Assembly: GCA_021732605.1 (NCBI GenBank)
Contig: JAKFUS010000011.1
Location: 4,226-68,225, forward strand
Reading direction: 5' to 3'
DNA length: 64,000 bases
From: Betaproteobacteria bacterium
Lineage (GTDB): Bacteria; Pseudomonadota; Gammaproteobacteria; Burkholderiales; SG8-41
The stretch's first letter is position 1. Every line of letters begins with the position of its first letter. The position numbers and the translations under genes were made by a program. A model generated the notes under the pieces. It was not told the DNA's origin. It did no database searches and worked only from the letters and a program-made list of their open reading frames with translations. Of the stretch, positions 8,742 through 18,432 are shown piece by piece.

Positions 8742-9463
8742 GCCATGCCGCCGTTGATGCCGATAATCTGTCCGGTGATGTAGGAGGCTTGCTTTGAGGC
8801 CAGGAAAACGACGAGCTCGGCAACGTCTTCCGGCTCGCCCATGCGTTTTGCTGGCACCATCTGCCCAATACTCTCCGGTGAAAACAGTTTTTCGGTTTGA
8901 ACGCTGCGAATGATTCCAGGGGCAATGCAATTGACAGTGATGCCGCGGCTGGCGACTTCAAGCGCCAACGAACGGCTTGCTGCATGAATGCCGGCCTTGG
9001 CCGCTGCATAGTTCGCCTGCCCGCGATTACCGATCACGCCTGACACCGAGGTAATACTGATAATCCGGCCCCAGCGGGTGCTCATCATCGGCATCAACAA
9101 GGGTTGTGTGACGTTGTAGAAACCGTTCAGGCAGGCATCAACCACGCGCCGCCACTGGCCCTGGGACATCCCGGCCATCGGTGCATCATCAAACAATCCT
9201 GCGTTATTGATCAATACCTGTATGGGGCCGGTTTCGAGAATTTCTCCGAGGCTGTGCCGGGTTGCGGGGGCATCGCCGACATCAAAACCACACAGCGCGA
9301 CATCAATCCCGTCGCCACGCAGTTCATCGGCCAAATGTTCGGTTTTTTCCCGGTGGGTGTGATAGTGCAGAATCAGATCCATGTCGCAAGTTGCCAGCTT
9401 GCGTGCAATTGCGTGGCCGATGGTGCCGCTGGCGCCGGTCACCAGTGCGCGGATCCGGCTCAT
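8738..9463 (-). CDS. 3-oxoacyl-ACP reductase (SDR, FabG-like), the cluster ketoreductase
   Basis: TGASGTIG Rossmann motif, a NNAG motif and a YAAAKAG catalytic motif. Confidence 0.8.
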   Translation of the reverse strand: MSRIRALVTGASGTIGHAIARKLATCDMDLILHYHTHREKTEHLADELRGDGIDVALCGFDVGDAPATRHSLGEILETGPIQVLINNAGLFDDAPMAGMSQGQWRRVVDACLNGFYNVTQPLLMPMMSTRWGRIISITSVSGVIGNRGQANYAAAKAGIHAASRSLALEVASRGITVNCIAPGIIRSVQTEKLFSPESIGQMVPAKRMGEPEDVAELVVFLASKQASYITGQIIGINGGMA

Positions 9464-9921
9464 TGTGCCCCCGGGACAAACGCCACTGCTGCCCGTCCCT
9501 GAGCAATCTTGACATCCTGATGTTGCAAGCTGAACGAATACAGCATGCCGTCCTGTTCGGCAGAGATCTCTTCAGCTTCAATCCGCAATGTTCCAGAACA
9601 TTCGTCCAGTGTATTGACCAGTAGCGCAAGGCCGCGGACTGATACCAGATAGCCATGCCTGCGGGAGCGGACCGTGCCTGCTGCATCGGCTTTCAGTGCG
9701 GCATGCACGGCAAAACACTGGGCGGCGAGCTCGACTGCGCAGACCGCCGGCAATCTGCCGTCGATCCGATAGGGGTTCCGTGCGAGCAGATGCGCCCGGC
9801 TTTCGCAGACGATGCGCTGCAAATCCCAGCAGCTTACGGTGTCGAGCAGGCAACTCTCTCCCTGATGCGGCACACGGGCCAGGATGGCTTCGCGATCAAG
9901 TATCTTTTGCGATTCAGGCAT
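9460..9921 (-). CDS. Hotdog-fold 3-hydroxyacyl-ACP dehydratase (APE-cluster type)
   Basis: 153 aa. ILARVPHQGESCLLDTV is typical of the dedicated dehydratases in these clusters. Overlaps both neighbours. Confidence 0.6.
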   Translation of the reverse strand: MPESQKILDREAILARVPHQGESCLLDTVSCWDLQRIVCESRAHLLARNPYRIDGRLPAVCAVELAAQCFAVHAALKADAAGTVRSRRHGYLVSVRGLALLVNTLDECSGTLRIEAEEISAEQDGMLYSFSLQHQDVKIAQGRAAVAFVPGAQ

Positions 9922-10696
9922 TCAGTGGCTCCAGCACGACCGAAAGTCCATCCAGATATGGCAACACGACACGCCGTGGCGTTTCCCGGGCTGACAGCCA
10001 GATCATACCCGGCGCGCAGGAATGGCCGTCGAAGTGCGTGGACAGGGCGGGCGGCAGACTTTCGCCCGGTTCATCGCTCAAGCCTAATTGCCAGCATGGC
10101 CCGGAACAACCAGGCGCAAGATAAAACGCGATGGCCAACGATTGTCGCACCAGCACTTGCTCCGCCAGCGGAAACGGATGGGGTGCATCATATGTCACCA
10201 GCAATACTGGAGTGTCGTTTTCTTTCATGGTCAGCACGGCTTCAACCAGGCCGGCGCTCAGGCCGTTAGGGCCGGCTCCCAGGCTGGTCGTCGCAGTTGG
10301 TCTGTGCAGACCTATGCTCCAGTAAGCTGCGGCGGCGTTGTGCACGGAATTGGTAAAACGTGTTGGCGAAACATCCGGGATCGTGGCCGCCAGCGCAGCG
10401 CATATCGCATGGGTGGTCGCACCATCGCCGCTGTTGGTGACAAACACGGCCTGCATGTCTGTCGGTGGAGTCGGGCAGGCTTCTTCCGCTGCAGCAAGAA
10501 CCAGGCAGGTCAGGTCGCTGGCTCGGCGCCGTTCTGCGGCATTCAATAACTTGCTGACGGCCCGCGGCAGCGTAGCCGGGCTGTAAAGCGCCGGATCGAC
10601 CAGCATTTCACACAATGCCTGACCATCAGCCATACCTGCGCCGGCTGCGCCGACGGCAAGCAGACTGAACGGTTGCGTGACTATTGTGCAGGGCAT
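9914..10696 (-). CDS. Ketosynthase-like protein with no obvious active-site motif (chain-length-factor-like partner)
   Basis: KS N-terminal-like sequence, but no CTSS-type active-site motif was recognised. Sits directly downstream of, and overlapping, the KS. Confidence 0.55.
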   Translation of the reverse strand: MPCTIVTQPFSLLAVGAAGAGMADGQALCEMLVDPALYSPATLPRAVSKLLNAAERRRASDLTCLVLAAAEEACPTPPTDMQAVFVTNSGDGATTHAICAALAATIPDVSPTRFTNSVHNAAAAYWSIGLHRPTATTSLGAGPNGLSAGLVEAVLTMKENDTPVLLVTYDAPHPFPLAEQVLVRQSLAIAFYLAPGCSGPCWQLGLSDEPGESLPPALSTHFDGHSCAPGMIWLSARETPRRVVLPYLDGLSVVLEPLNA

Positions 10697-11869
10697 CCGA
10701 ATATCAGAGAGCAATTGCTACCACCGAAACCAAAGGAATTGCTGAGCACATGGCGCAGTGGTTTGCTGCGATTTGTATCTATAAAATCGCAGCTGAATAA
10801 GGGATCAAATTCCCTGCTGTTGAGATTGGCCGGCAGCAGAGCCTGCTGTAGGCAAATCATGCTGATCACCGCCTCGGTAATGCCGGCGGCACCGAGAGTA
10901 TGCCCGGTCCAGCCCTTGGTCGAGCTGCAGGGAGTATTGTTGCCGAACAGGTTAAACACCGCGATTTCTTCTGCTCGATCATTATTAAGCGTGGCCGTTC
11001 CGTGCATGTTGATGTAGTCAATATCCCCGGGTTTCAGTGCGGCACGGGTCAATGCCTGACGCATGGCCGCCAGCGCGCCTGCGCCATCAGGCGCAGGTGT
11101 CGAGATGTGGTAGCCGTCACTGCTTTCCCCCCCAACCCAGCAGCGCCGGTCCCGTAAGGTTGCTGCGACTCAGTAGAGCAAATCCGGCCGCTTCCCCTAT
11201 CGATATGCCTTTGCGTCCAGCGGCAAAGGGCTGGCAGGGCGCGTCCGAGAGCAGTTCCAGTGAATTGAAGCCGTACATGGTCGTCAGACACAGGCTGTCC
11301 ACGCCGCCGACGATGACAGCATCGCAAAGATTTGACGTCAGCATGCGGGTTGCTGCTGCAAAAACCTTGGCACTGGAGGTGCAAGCCGTGGAGATTGTCC
11401 ATGCCGGACCACCGAGCCCGAGATAACTGCGGACAAAATCGCTGACGGCAAACAGGCTGTGGCGGTAACGAAAGTTCACCTCGGGTGGCAAACCGGCATC
11501 CGGACTGCTGCGGGCGCGAAACCCCAATTCTGTTTCCAGAACAGCCGATGTGCTGGAACCGATCAGACAACCGATCCGTTCTGCGCCATAACGTTGACGT
11601 GCATCTGCAACGTGACGTAAAAATTCATCCTGTTCGAGGCCGAGGCGGGCCAGACGATGGTTGCGGCAATCGTATTTTGCCCAGGCCTCAGGGAGGGCCT
11701 CTTGTTCCAAGGCATTCACGCGCCCGATCCAAGTATTCAGGCCGCGGGCTGGCGCAAAATCATTGGCACGCAGACCGCTGACCTGTTTGCGCAATGATTC
11801 GCCGATGGTTTGGGTGCCAACCCCGGCTGCGCTGGTCAACGTATATGCGTCAATGGCAATAGGTTGCAA
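10681..11869 (-). pseudogene. Beta-ketoacyl-ACP synthase (FabB/F-like) split by a +1 frameshift in a C7 (G7 on the coding strand) homopolymer
   Basis: The N-terminal ORF 11117..11869 carries the active-site TACTSS and ends LLGWGGKQ(stop). The C-terminal ORF 10681..11064 carries INMHGTAT and FGFGGSN. Removing one G at 11127-11133 gives LLGWGESSDGYHISTPAPDGAGALAAMRQAL. Confidence 0.8.
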
Positions 11870-11896
11870 AGTCAGTAAGCCGTTGAAAATAAAAAA

Positions 11897-11924
11897 ATTC
11901 TAGCATGGGAGTGCCCCGTTGGAA
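11897..11924 (-). promoter_or_regulatory. Candidate promoter for the KS-CLF-DH-KR-GT sub-operon (TTCCAA, 16-nt spacer, TAGAAT)
   Basis: Read on the minus strand just upstream of the TTG start at 11869. It lies in junction DNA next to the TctC fragment. Confidence 0.25.
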
Positions 11925-12187
11925 TTGATCAACATTGGCGCGGCGACAGTGCCGCCGGCGCGGTTGTCCACCACCTGCTGCCCCCAGTGCTCGGCTATTT
12001 TCAGCGCGACGGTGCGCGCCATGATGTCGGTACCGCTGCCTGCGGAGAAAGGAACGACCATGCGCAGCGGCTTGGCCGGGAAATTCAGCGCGAGGGCGGG
12101 CAAGCCTGAAAGGCAAAGGCTTGTGATGAGCGAGGCCTTGCAAAATATGATGTACATCGCGGTTTTGTTGTTCATGATGCCCCCCAA
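11900..12187 (-). pseudogene. N-terminal fragment of a Bug/TctC-family periplasmic receptor gene
   Basis: Signal peptide followed by FPAKPLRMVVPFSAGSGTDIMARTVALKIAEHWGQQVVDNRAGG matches the first ~80 aa of TctC-type proteins. It then diverges and stops at 95 aa, where full-length members are about 320 aa. Confidence 0.65.
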
Positions 12188-12348
12188 GATTTAGTTGCAT
12201 TTTGATTGAGTAAAAGATTTCGACCTCAGTAACTTTTTTGTGAGACGAGTAGCCCGTAAGTTGCTTGCCCTGAAGGTAGTCCTCTGGGTGGGATTACGGG
12301 TAACATGGCTCCGCATTTCACTTCGCTCCATGCGGGCTACGCTTGCTG

Positions 12349-12876
12349 TTATTGGCGAAAAATAGTGGAGGCGTAATCGGCCAGTGGTTTGGGGAGTAAA
12401 TGCTCAGGACGATCGCCCCCTAAGGTTGCCCAACCGCTTTTCCCTCCAATGACTGCGCTATCGATAATCTCACCTGTATCTATGCGTATCAAAGAAACTT
12501 TAATAGAAGCTACGTCAGGTTTTCCTGACCACTCTGTCGCTCGATCTTCCCAGTGCAAAATCTGTGAATATAGGAGATAAGTAAATTTCCCATCTTTTGC
12601 TGACTGTTGCGCTGCTTCTAAGGTTTCAGTTTTTACCGCTACGATGATCTTGTTCAGATAGGGAGCAAAAGCGGCGGCGATGGCCTGTGCTGTTAGGGCG
12701 CCTGAGCTTGAGTAAATGGTCTGACCATAGCGACCATCTGTGGGAACGGCGACATATGCTGACGCATCTTTGGACAAGCTGAACGTTGAGCCGGGGGCGC
12801 GCATCAGTTGATGGGTATCGGCGCATCCAAGTAAAAGAAAAGTTGTAAAAAAAGCTAAAGCCAGATTTCTTTTCAT
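12349..12876 (-). CDS. Lipoprotein of unknown function
   Basis: Lipobox LLLGC. 175 aa. It occupies the slot directly after the MMPL exporter, where APE-type clusters usually encode a lipoprotein. GC is lower than in its neighbours. Confidence 0.55.
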   Translation of the reverse strand: MKRNLALAFFTTFLLLGCADTHQLMRAPGSTFSLSKDASAYVAVPTDGRYGQTIYSSSGALTAQAIAAAFAPYLNKIIVAVKTETLEAAQQSAKDGKFTYLLYSQILHWEDRATEWSGKPDVASIKVSLIRIDTGEIIDSAVIGGKSGWATLGGDRPEHLLPKPLADYASTIFRQ

Positions 12877-12937
12877 TTGGGAGCGTCCCGTTGGCAGTTG
12901 AAGGTTAGAGTGGGTGGCAGAAATTATTATGCGGCCT

Positions 12938-15298
12938 CTAGCATGCTAGGGGCAATGGCGGCGTCCGGATTTTCGGGGTCAGCCATGCCGAAAATAAAAA
13001 CGAGAATGCTGTGCCACAGAAAGAGGTTATGCCAATGCTGTGCAGGACCGGAGTGCTGGATACGGCAAGTGCGCCAAAGCCGATCAGTGTCGAAACAAGG
13101 CAAATCAGAAGGGAAAACAGCACCCGGTTTTCGCCGACATGATCGGCCGCCGCCCTGTTGAAAAACAAAGCGTAATTGATGCCGACGCCGAGTACCAGCA
13201 GCAGGGCCACCAGATGGAAAAGATTGAGGCGTTCACTGCACAGGTGCAGGACCGCGACCGTGCACAGCATGCCCAGCAATGAGGGTAGAACCACCCGCAA
13301 GGTTGCTCCGATGCGGCGCAAATGCGCGAACAGCAATACCATGATGAGGAGCATGCCTATTCCGGAATACAGCAGTATCTGCTGCCGATAGCTGACAACC
13401 AGCCCCCCGATTTCCTGCTTGAGATCAATCAACAAGGCGGGTGCCAGCCTGTTTGCGCGCTCGGATAAGGCTTTGCTGTCGGTCACGCCCTTAAGCGTTA
13501 TCAATGCCACAGTACTATTGGTTTGGGTAAACAGCAGGCTTTCCACGCGCAACCGCCAGGCCTTGTCGGGAATATCACGGATGCTTATCGGTGACAGCAG
13601 CCGGGCCTGGGCGATTTCCACAAGGAGCGGCGCCAAGGCATCGGGACGGAACCCGGCGGCCTGCGCTGCACCGGGTAGATCCTGTCGCAGCTGATCGGGG
13701 TCAGGCAGTGCCGCAAGTCTTGCCTGTTGTGTTGCATGGCTGGGCAGATAGTCCGCAGCCATGGTGTACCCGGTCAGCAACTTTTCCCGCACCAAAGTAT
13801 CGAGCGCAGGCCGCAAGGCTTCGCTGCCGCGCAGGGCCTGTTCCAGATCCGGCGCAGGGACGGCAATCACGAAACGCACATCGGGTGCCCCCAGCTCCCC
13901 GCGTAATCGCTGATCGCGCATTTTCATTTCGGCGGGCAAGGGATTGAGTGACCCGAGGTCGTCTTCCCAGGAAAATCCGCCAACTGCAAGAATCAGCAGC
14001 GCAAGCAGGGCCGCGACACCGGTCAGCCAGAGCCGTGGCTGCAGCATCTTTCCCAGCCATCTTGGCGGCACCCATGACGCCGAGGCAGTGTGACGCTGGC
14101 GTGGAGCCAGCGCCGGAACGACCCAGCGATTGACCAGCCCGGCAACAGCAATACCGATCACCGCAAGCAATCCGAGTTGTGCCAGCCCTGCAATTCCGGA
14201 AAAAAGCATGGCAAGGTTGCCGACCAGGGTCGTCAGTACCGCCAGCCGCAAAGTGGGCCAGATATCACGGGCGGCTACCGCAAGCGGAAGCCCCGGACTG
14301 GTCTGCAGCAGCAGGTAACTCGGATAATCAATCGTTTCAGCAAGCAGGATGATGGCAAAGGCCAGGGTGATGCCGTGCATCGTGCCGTAGTACCAGGAGA
14401 CCAGCACCACGGCAGCCAGAATGCCGCTGACGGCCGGTATGAAGACCAGGATCATCTGCGCCAAATTGCGATAAACCCAGGCCAGCAGAGCAACGATCAG
14501 CCCTGCGGCAACGATCGTGAAAATCAGGCTCTCATGCTCAATCAGGTTGCGGCTCTCGACTGCGTAGATCGCCGGTCCAGCCAGGATCATGCGCATTTCC
14601 GGCGAAGCTACCGTCGCAAAAACCTGTTCAATTTCATGTTTAACGGCGCTTTGCATTTCGACGGTTGGTGCGGCTTCGCGTATCTCGAGCAGCAGCAATG
14701 CCCTGGCGCCGCTGCCATCGAACCACACGCCATTGCGCATAGCAGGGCCCTGCTGTAAGTCCATGCCCTCAAGGATCCCTGCCAATTCTCCGGTCGGATC
14801 TTGCGCCATCAGCGGTCTGAACAGATCGCCCGACGGCGTACCCAGACGTTCACGTGAAACGTTCAACGCCTGCCGTAAACCTTCGGGCGTGAAACGTTCA
14901 GTGGTTACCGTGGCGCTGAGCAGGTATCGATGGGTAAACAGCCAATTGCGGTCTTGCGTTCGGCGTTCGAATGCACCGTTGGCAATCAGGCCGAACGTAT
15001 GGCTCTCGGCCAGCTTGTCTGCCAGTGCATCGCTGGCTGAGGCCAGAGATCCGGGAGACGCATTTTCCAGCGATACCATGATCGTGCGCGCAGCCGGCCC
15101 ATGCTGCAATTGCCCGATCAGCAGGTCTTGCCGCGGAGTCGCTGCCCTGGGCAAAAAAGCACTCATGTCCGTGGCCACCCTGGTATGGGTGAGCAACATG
15201 TAAAAAGCGACTCCAAGAAATCCCAGCCAGACCGCTATTGCGATCCAATGCTGTTTGCGGCTTAGGGTAGAACCTGCGGAGGAGGGCGGCATGTCCAA
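12938..15298 (-). CDS. MMPL/RND-like exporter (predicted lipid exporter)
   Basis: 786 aa with two blocks of about 6 TM helices separated by large soluble loops. Typical of the exporter in APE-type clusters. Confidence 0.75.
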   Translation of the reverse strand: MDMPPSSAGSTLSRKQHWIAIAVWLGFLGVAFYMLLTHTRVATDMSAFLPRAATPRQDLLIGQLQHGPAARTIMVSLENASPGSLASASDALADKLAESHTFGLIANGAFERRTQDRNWLFTHRYLLSATVTTERFTPEGLRQALNVSRERLGTPSGDLFRPLMAQDPTGELAGILEGMDLQQGPAMRNGVWFDGSGARALLLLEIREAAPTVEMQSAVKHEIEQVFATVASPEMRMILAGPAIYAVESRNLIEHESLIFTIVAAGLIVALLAWVYRNLAQMILVFIPAVSGILAAVVLVSWYYGTMHGITLAFAIILLAETIDYPSYLLLQTSPGLPLAVAARDIWPTLRLAVLTTLVGNLAMLFSGIAGLAQLGLLAVIGIAVAGLVNRWVVPALAPRQRHTASASWVPPRWLGKMLQPRLWLTGVAALLALLILAVGGFSWEDDLGSLNPLPAEMKMRDQRLRGELGAPDVRFVIAVPAPDLEQALRGSEALRPALDTLVREKLLTGYTMAADYLPSHATQQARLAALPDPDQLRQDLPGAAQAAGFRPDALAPLLVEIAQARLLSPISIRDIPDKAWRLRVESLLFTQTNSTVALITLKGVTDSKALSERANRLAPALLIDLKQEIGGLVVSYRQQILLYSGIGMLLIMVLLFAHLRRIGATLRVVLPSLLGMLCTVAVLHLCSERLNLFHLVALLLVLGVGINYALFFNRAAADHVGENRVLFSLLICLVSTLIGFGALAVSSTPVLHSIGITSFCGTAFSFLFSAWLTPKIRTPPLPLAC

Positions 15299-15307
15299 AG
15301 CGGACAG

Positions 15308-15907
15308 TTAATGCCTGACGGCGTCAATCGTCATGGTCGTCCGGTCGTCGGATGCTTCCAGGATATCGACCTGCCGAAGTTCATCCTGCACACCGGAGAT
15401 ACGGATCAGCCGGATGCGGGAAACTAGATCCGGAGTGACTGGCAACATCTCAAGGCTCCACTTGGCACGTGTGCCGGCAAGCCGCAGCTGATAGTGGCGT
15501 CGCAACGATTCTTCATCACCGGCGAGGGTGGCCCGTATGCTTTCAATCAATGCACCGAGCGCAGGTTGATCCCTGATCTGGAACTGGCGTTGCCGGCCAT
15601 TGGATTCTATGGCGATTTTCCCGTTTTCATAGGTAAAGCGCTCCTGCCTGGGTGCCATCGTCATGCGTTCGACATAACCCGGCCGGCGGTAGCGCAATGT
15701 ACCGCTGCTGACCAGGGGCTCCGTGAGCAGTGCGAGGATTTTTTTTTCGCTAAACGCCGATTCGCGGGTTTCAACCTGCGCCAGGATTTGCATCAGCTGG
15801 GGAATTTCAAAGGCAGCTGTTTGCGCCGCGGCAGGTAAGGCAACACTGCTGATCATCAGCCACAGCCAGACGAAGCAGCGGTAGTCAGTTGCGGGTAGCG
15901 GCTGCAT
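15308..15907 (-). CDS. LolA-like outer-membrane lipoprotein carrier protein
   Basis: Signal peptide plus a body about 180 aa long. SGTLRYRRPGYVERMT resembles the LolA fold family. Position is conserved next to the MMPL exporter. Confidence 0.55.
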   Translation of the reverse strand: MQPLPATDYRCFVWLWLMISSVALPAAAQTAAFEIPQLMQILAQVETRESAFSEKKILALLTEPLVSSGTLRYRRPGYVERMTMAPRQERFTYENGKIAIESNGRQRQFQIRDQPALGALIESIRATLAGDEESLRRHYQLRLAGTRAKWSLEMLPVTPDLVSRIRLIRISGVQDELRQVDILEASDDRTTMTIDAVRH

Positions 15908-16790
15908 CGTGCCAGAAGTCAAAAAAATTGTACCAGTTGTAGGGTGCGCGCCGGCACTGCACTTCCAGTCGCGCTGCGTATCGGGACAGCAGGGATTTTA
16001 CTATGGTGTCCCGGGGGCAGCCGGCAAACTCATGGACACCGGACAGGGTCTCAAAGCGCACCACATAACGTCCGTGGTCCACGTACAGACCCGAGAACAT
16101 CACTACCGGTTTTCCGGTGATGGCTGCCAGCAGCATCGGCCCCGTAGGAAACAGGGCTGGTGCTCCGAAGAACGGCATTGCAACGCTTTTTTCCTGGCGG
16201 TAAGCCCGGTCACCCAGCATGGCGACCAACGCACCTTCCTCTAGCGCCTTGTGTGCCTGCAGAAAGGTGTCCGGCCGACCCAGGGGGATCAGCGACTCAC
16301 GCCATTCAGGGTTACGATCATAGAGCACGGACAGCATGGCTGGCGATTGCTCAATTTGCATGAGGATTTTTAACGGAGCTCCAAGATCCAGACCGCAACT
16401 TCGCACGGCGTCACTGTTGCCGAGGTGGGAGCCGATCAGTAGACATCCCTCGCCAGAACCAACAATCGCCTGCAGTGCATCCGCGCCTTCGATTTCAACG
16501 TGCAGGTTCCGGGTCTCGCCGGCTGCAAAATAAAGCCGATCCAGCAGACATACTGCAAAAGTGCGGAAATGCCGCCAGACCTCCATCCGCGATGGTTGCC
16601 GCTCCAACACTTTAGCCAAAAAAACAGCTGAACTACGCCTCGCCTCAGGCGCAAACAAGTAGAAATACAAACTGATAGGCCACATCAGCCAAATGGTGAG
16701 GGATCGCCCCGCAAATAGCCCGATCGCGCTGATCATTCGCAGTGCCATTATCCCCCCACGCTGGCGCTGCCCGTGCCAACTAGATTTCAT
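15885..16790 (-). CDS. LpxL/HtrB-like lysophospholipid/lipid A acyltransferase
   Basis: N-terminal TM helix, a GSHLGNSD (HX4D-type) motif, and a C-terminal YNWYNFFDFW tail. ATGA overlap with the upstream dehydratase. Confidence 0.65.
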   Translation of the reverse strand: MKSSWHGQRQRGGIMALRMISAIGLFAGRSLTIWLMWPISLYFYLFAPEARRSSAVFLAKVLERQPSRMEVWRHFRTFAVCLLDRLYFAAGETRNLHVEIEGADALQAIVGSGEGCLLIGSHLGNSDAVRSCGLDLGAPLKILMQIEQSPAMLSVLYDRNPEWRESLIPLGRPDTFLQAHKALEEGALVAMLGDRAYRQEKSVAMPFFGAPALFPTGPMLLAAITGKPVVMFSGLYVDHGRYVVRFETLSGVHEFAGCPRDTIVKSLLSRYAARLEVQCRRAPYNWYNFFDFWHDAAATRN

Positions 16791-17095
16791 GGACTGACAG
16801 CCCTCCACTCGAAAGTGCCGCTGGCGACTAACTCACTGTCTGTTTGTACGCGGAACGAGGCTTGCGTGCCGGAGTCACTTTCAATCGTAATTCTGCAGGT
16901 CTGACCTGGTTTTAATGGGTGGAAGAATTTGACGCGAGGCCAGCTGTGAGTAATCACCGGGGTCTGTGCAAAATCGGCAGCCAACTGCTCGCACCAAGCC
17001 ATCAGAATTACGCCAGGCACGATCGGATCATCCGGGAAGTGACCAAGTAATACCGGATGGCTGTCTGGCATTATAAATTCACGAGTGACAATCAT
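16787..17095 (-). CDS. FabZ-like hotdog dehydratase (small)
   Basis: HPVLLGHFPDDPIVPGVILM matches the FabA/FabZ active-site region. 102 aa. Confidence 0.65.
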   Translation of the reverse strand: MIVTREFIMPDSHPVLLGHFPDDPIVPGVILMAWCEQLAADFAQTPVITHSWPRVKFFHPLKPGQTCRITIESDSGTQASFRVQTDSELVASGTFEWRAVSP

Positions 17096-18432
17096 GACTT
17101 CAGCCGCCGGTCAATCAGGTCGAGTAGTGCCTCACGTGGTAGCTTACCGTTGTTGTTGCGGGGTAATTGATTCACCAACAGCACCGGTCGCGGTAAAAAA
17201 ACTGGATCAAAGTGTTGAGCAAGCGCATATCGGATGTCGTTTGCATCCAGATCCGCATCTGCAACCACAAGTGCAACTAGCCGACCGCCTTCTTCCGGTT
17301 GCACCAGTACGGCTTCGCGGATTCCCGGCAGGCTGCAGAGCACGGCATTCATCTCCGGAAGCATGGCTCGTTTTCCGCCAATTTTTATTATGTCATTCCT
17401 CCGCCCGATCAATTCAAAGCGGTTCACGCCATCCAATCGCAAACGGTCATGTAAATTTTGTTGCGGCATGCCAGAGCGACCAAAGACTGCCGTGTGATCT
17501 CCGGAAACAGACAGGCTGAGATCATCAGCTAGTTGCCAGATCGAGTTAAGTGCGGTACGACGCAAACCGACCATGCCAATTTCTGTGCTGCCGTAGATTT
17601 CCCATACGGGAGCGTCCCAGAGTTTCTCTAGGGCAACGGCAGTCGTTTTGGGTAGTGGCATGGTCGAGGAAATAATCCCCGCAGGCTTAGATTCAATGCT
17701 ATCGATTTTTGTTTCAACATAGGAGGCGGCATGCAGCGGTGTCACCATCAACCATGTAGGAGGTTGGGAGCGATTTATCGCATTCAGCATGTCCGCAGGT
17801 AGCAACGGTCTTTCCGGATGAATGATACTGCCCCACTGCAAAGGCAGCATCACGGTTGTTTCTAAGCCGAACATGTGCTGTGGTGCAACTGCTCCTAATA
17901 CAGTGCCGGTATGCGGCATTTCCCAGCCAAGCATGTTGCCAAGAGTCAGTGCTCCGCTTACTAGGCTGCCCCAATGCTTAACCAACGGCTCAGGTTTGCC
18001 GGTGGATCCAGAAGTGTAAAGAATGGCTGCAATCTGATCGGCAGCGATGTCCGGTAACCCGACGTTTGCTGGGATTGCAGTTGCACTGTATCCAACGCGC
18101 GTGCATATCAGCCCTTCGTACTGATGTTCTGGTGCTTCCTGATCAATCAGGGCATAAATGGTGCTGCTGTCAGTCGCTGCCTGTAGTATGGCTTTTGTTG
18201 TTCGATCGGCAGGAAGAACCGTAATTAGTCCGCGAGTTAGCGCTGCTATCCATCCCATTACGAAAGAGGCGCGGTCCTCACACAGGTTTAATATCGCGCC
18301 GCTGTTCGGCAGAAGGTGGGATAAAGTTAATGCATGCGCTACAAAAAGTCGGTATGAAACCCAATTGCCATGCCAGCATGTGATCGGCGTTTCAGGCAGG
18401 TAACCCCTTGAAAGCGGTAGAGTTTCAGCCAT
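17092..18432 (-). CDS. AMP-dependent ligase / adenylating enzyme (probable starter-unit loader)
   Basis: LYTSGSTGKPE, EIYGSTE and GRRNDIIKIGGKR core adenylation motifs. Start reset to the ATG that overlaps the upstream stop (TAATG). Confidence 0.75.
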   Translation of the reverse strand: MAETLPLSRGYLPETPITCWHGNWVSYRLFVAHALTLSHLLPNSGAILNLCEDRASFVMGWIAALTRGLITVLPADRTTKAILQAATDSSTIYALIDQEAPEHQYEGLICTRVGYSATAIPANVGLPDIAADQIAAILYTSGSTGKPEPLVKHWGSLVSGALTLGNMLGWEMPHTGTVLGAVAPQHMFGLETTVMLPLQWGSIIHPERPLLPADMLNAINRSQPPTWLMVTPLHAASYVETKIDSIESKPAGIISSTMPLPKTTAVALEKLWDAPVWEIYGSTEIGMVGLRRTALNSIWQLADDLSLSVSGDHTAVFGRSGMPQQNLHDRLRLDGVNRFELIGRRNDIIKIGGKRAMLPEMNAVLCSLPGIREAVLVQPEEGGRLVALVVADADLDANDIRYALAQHFDPVFLPRPVLLVNQLPRNNNGKLPREALLDLIDRRLKS

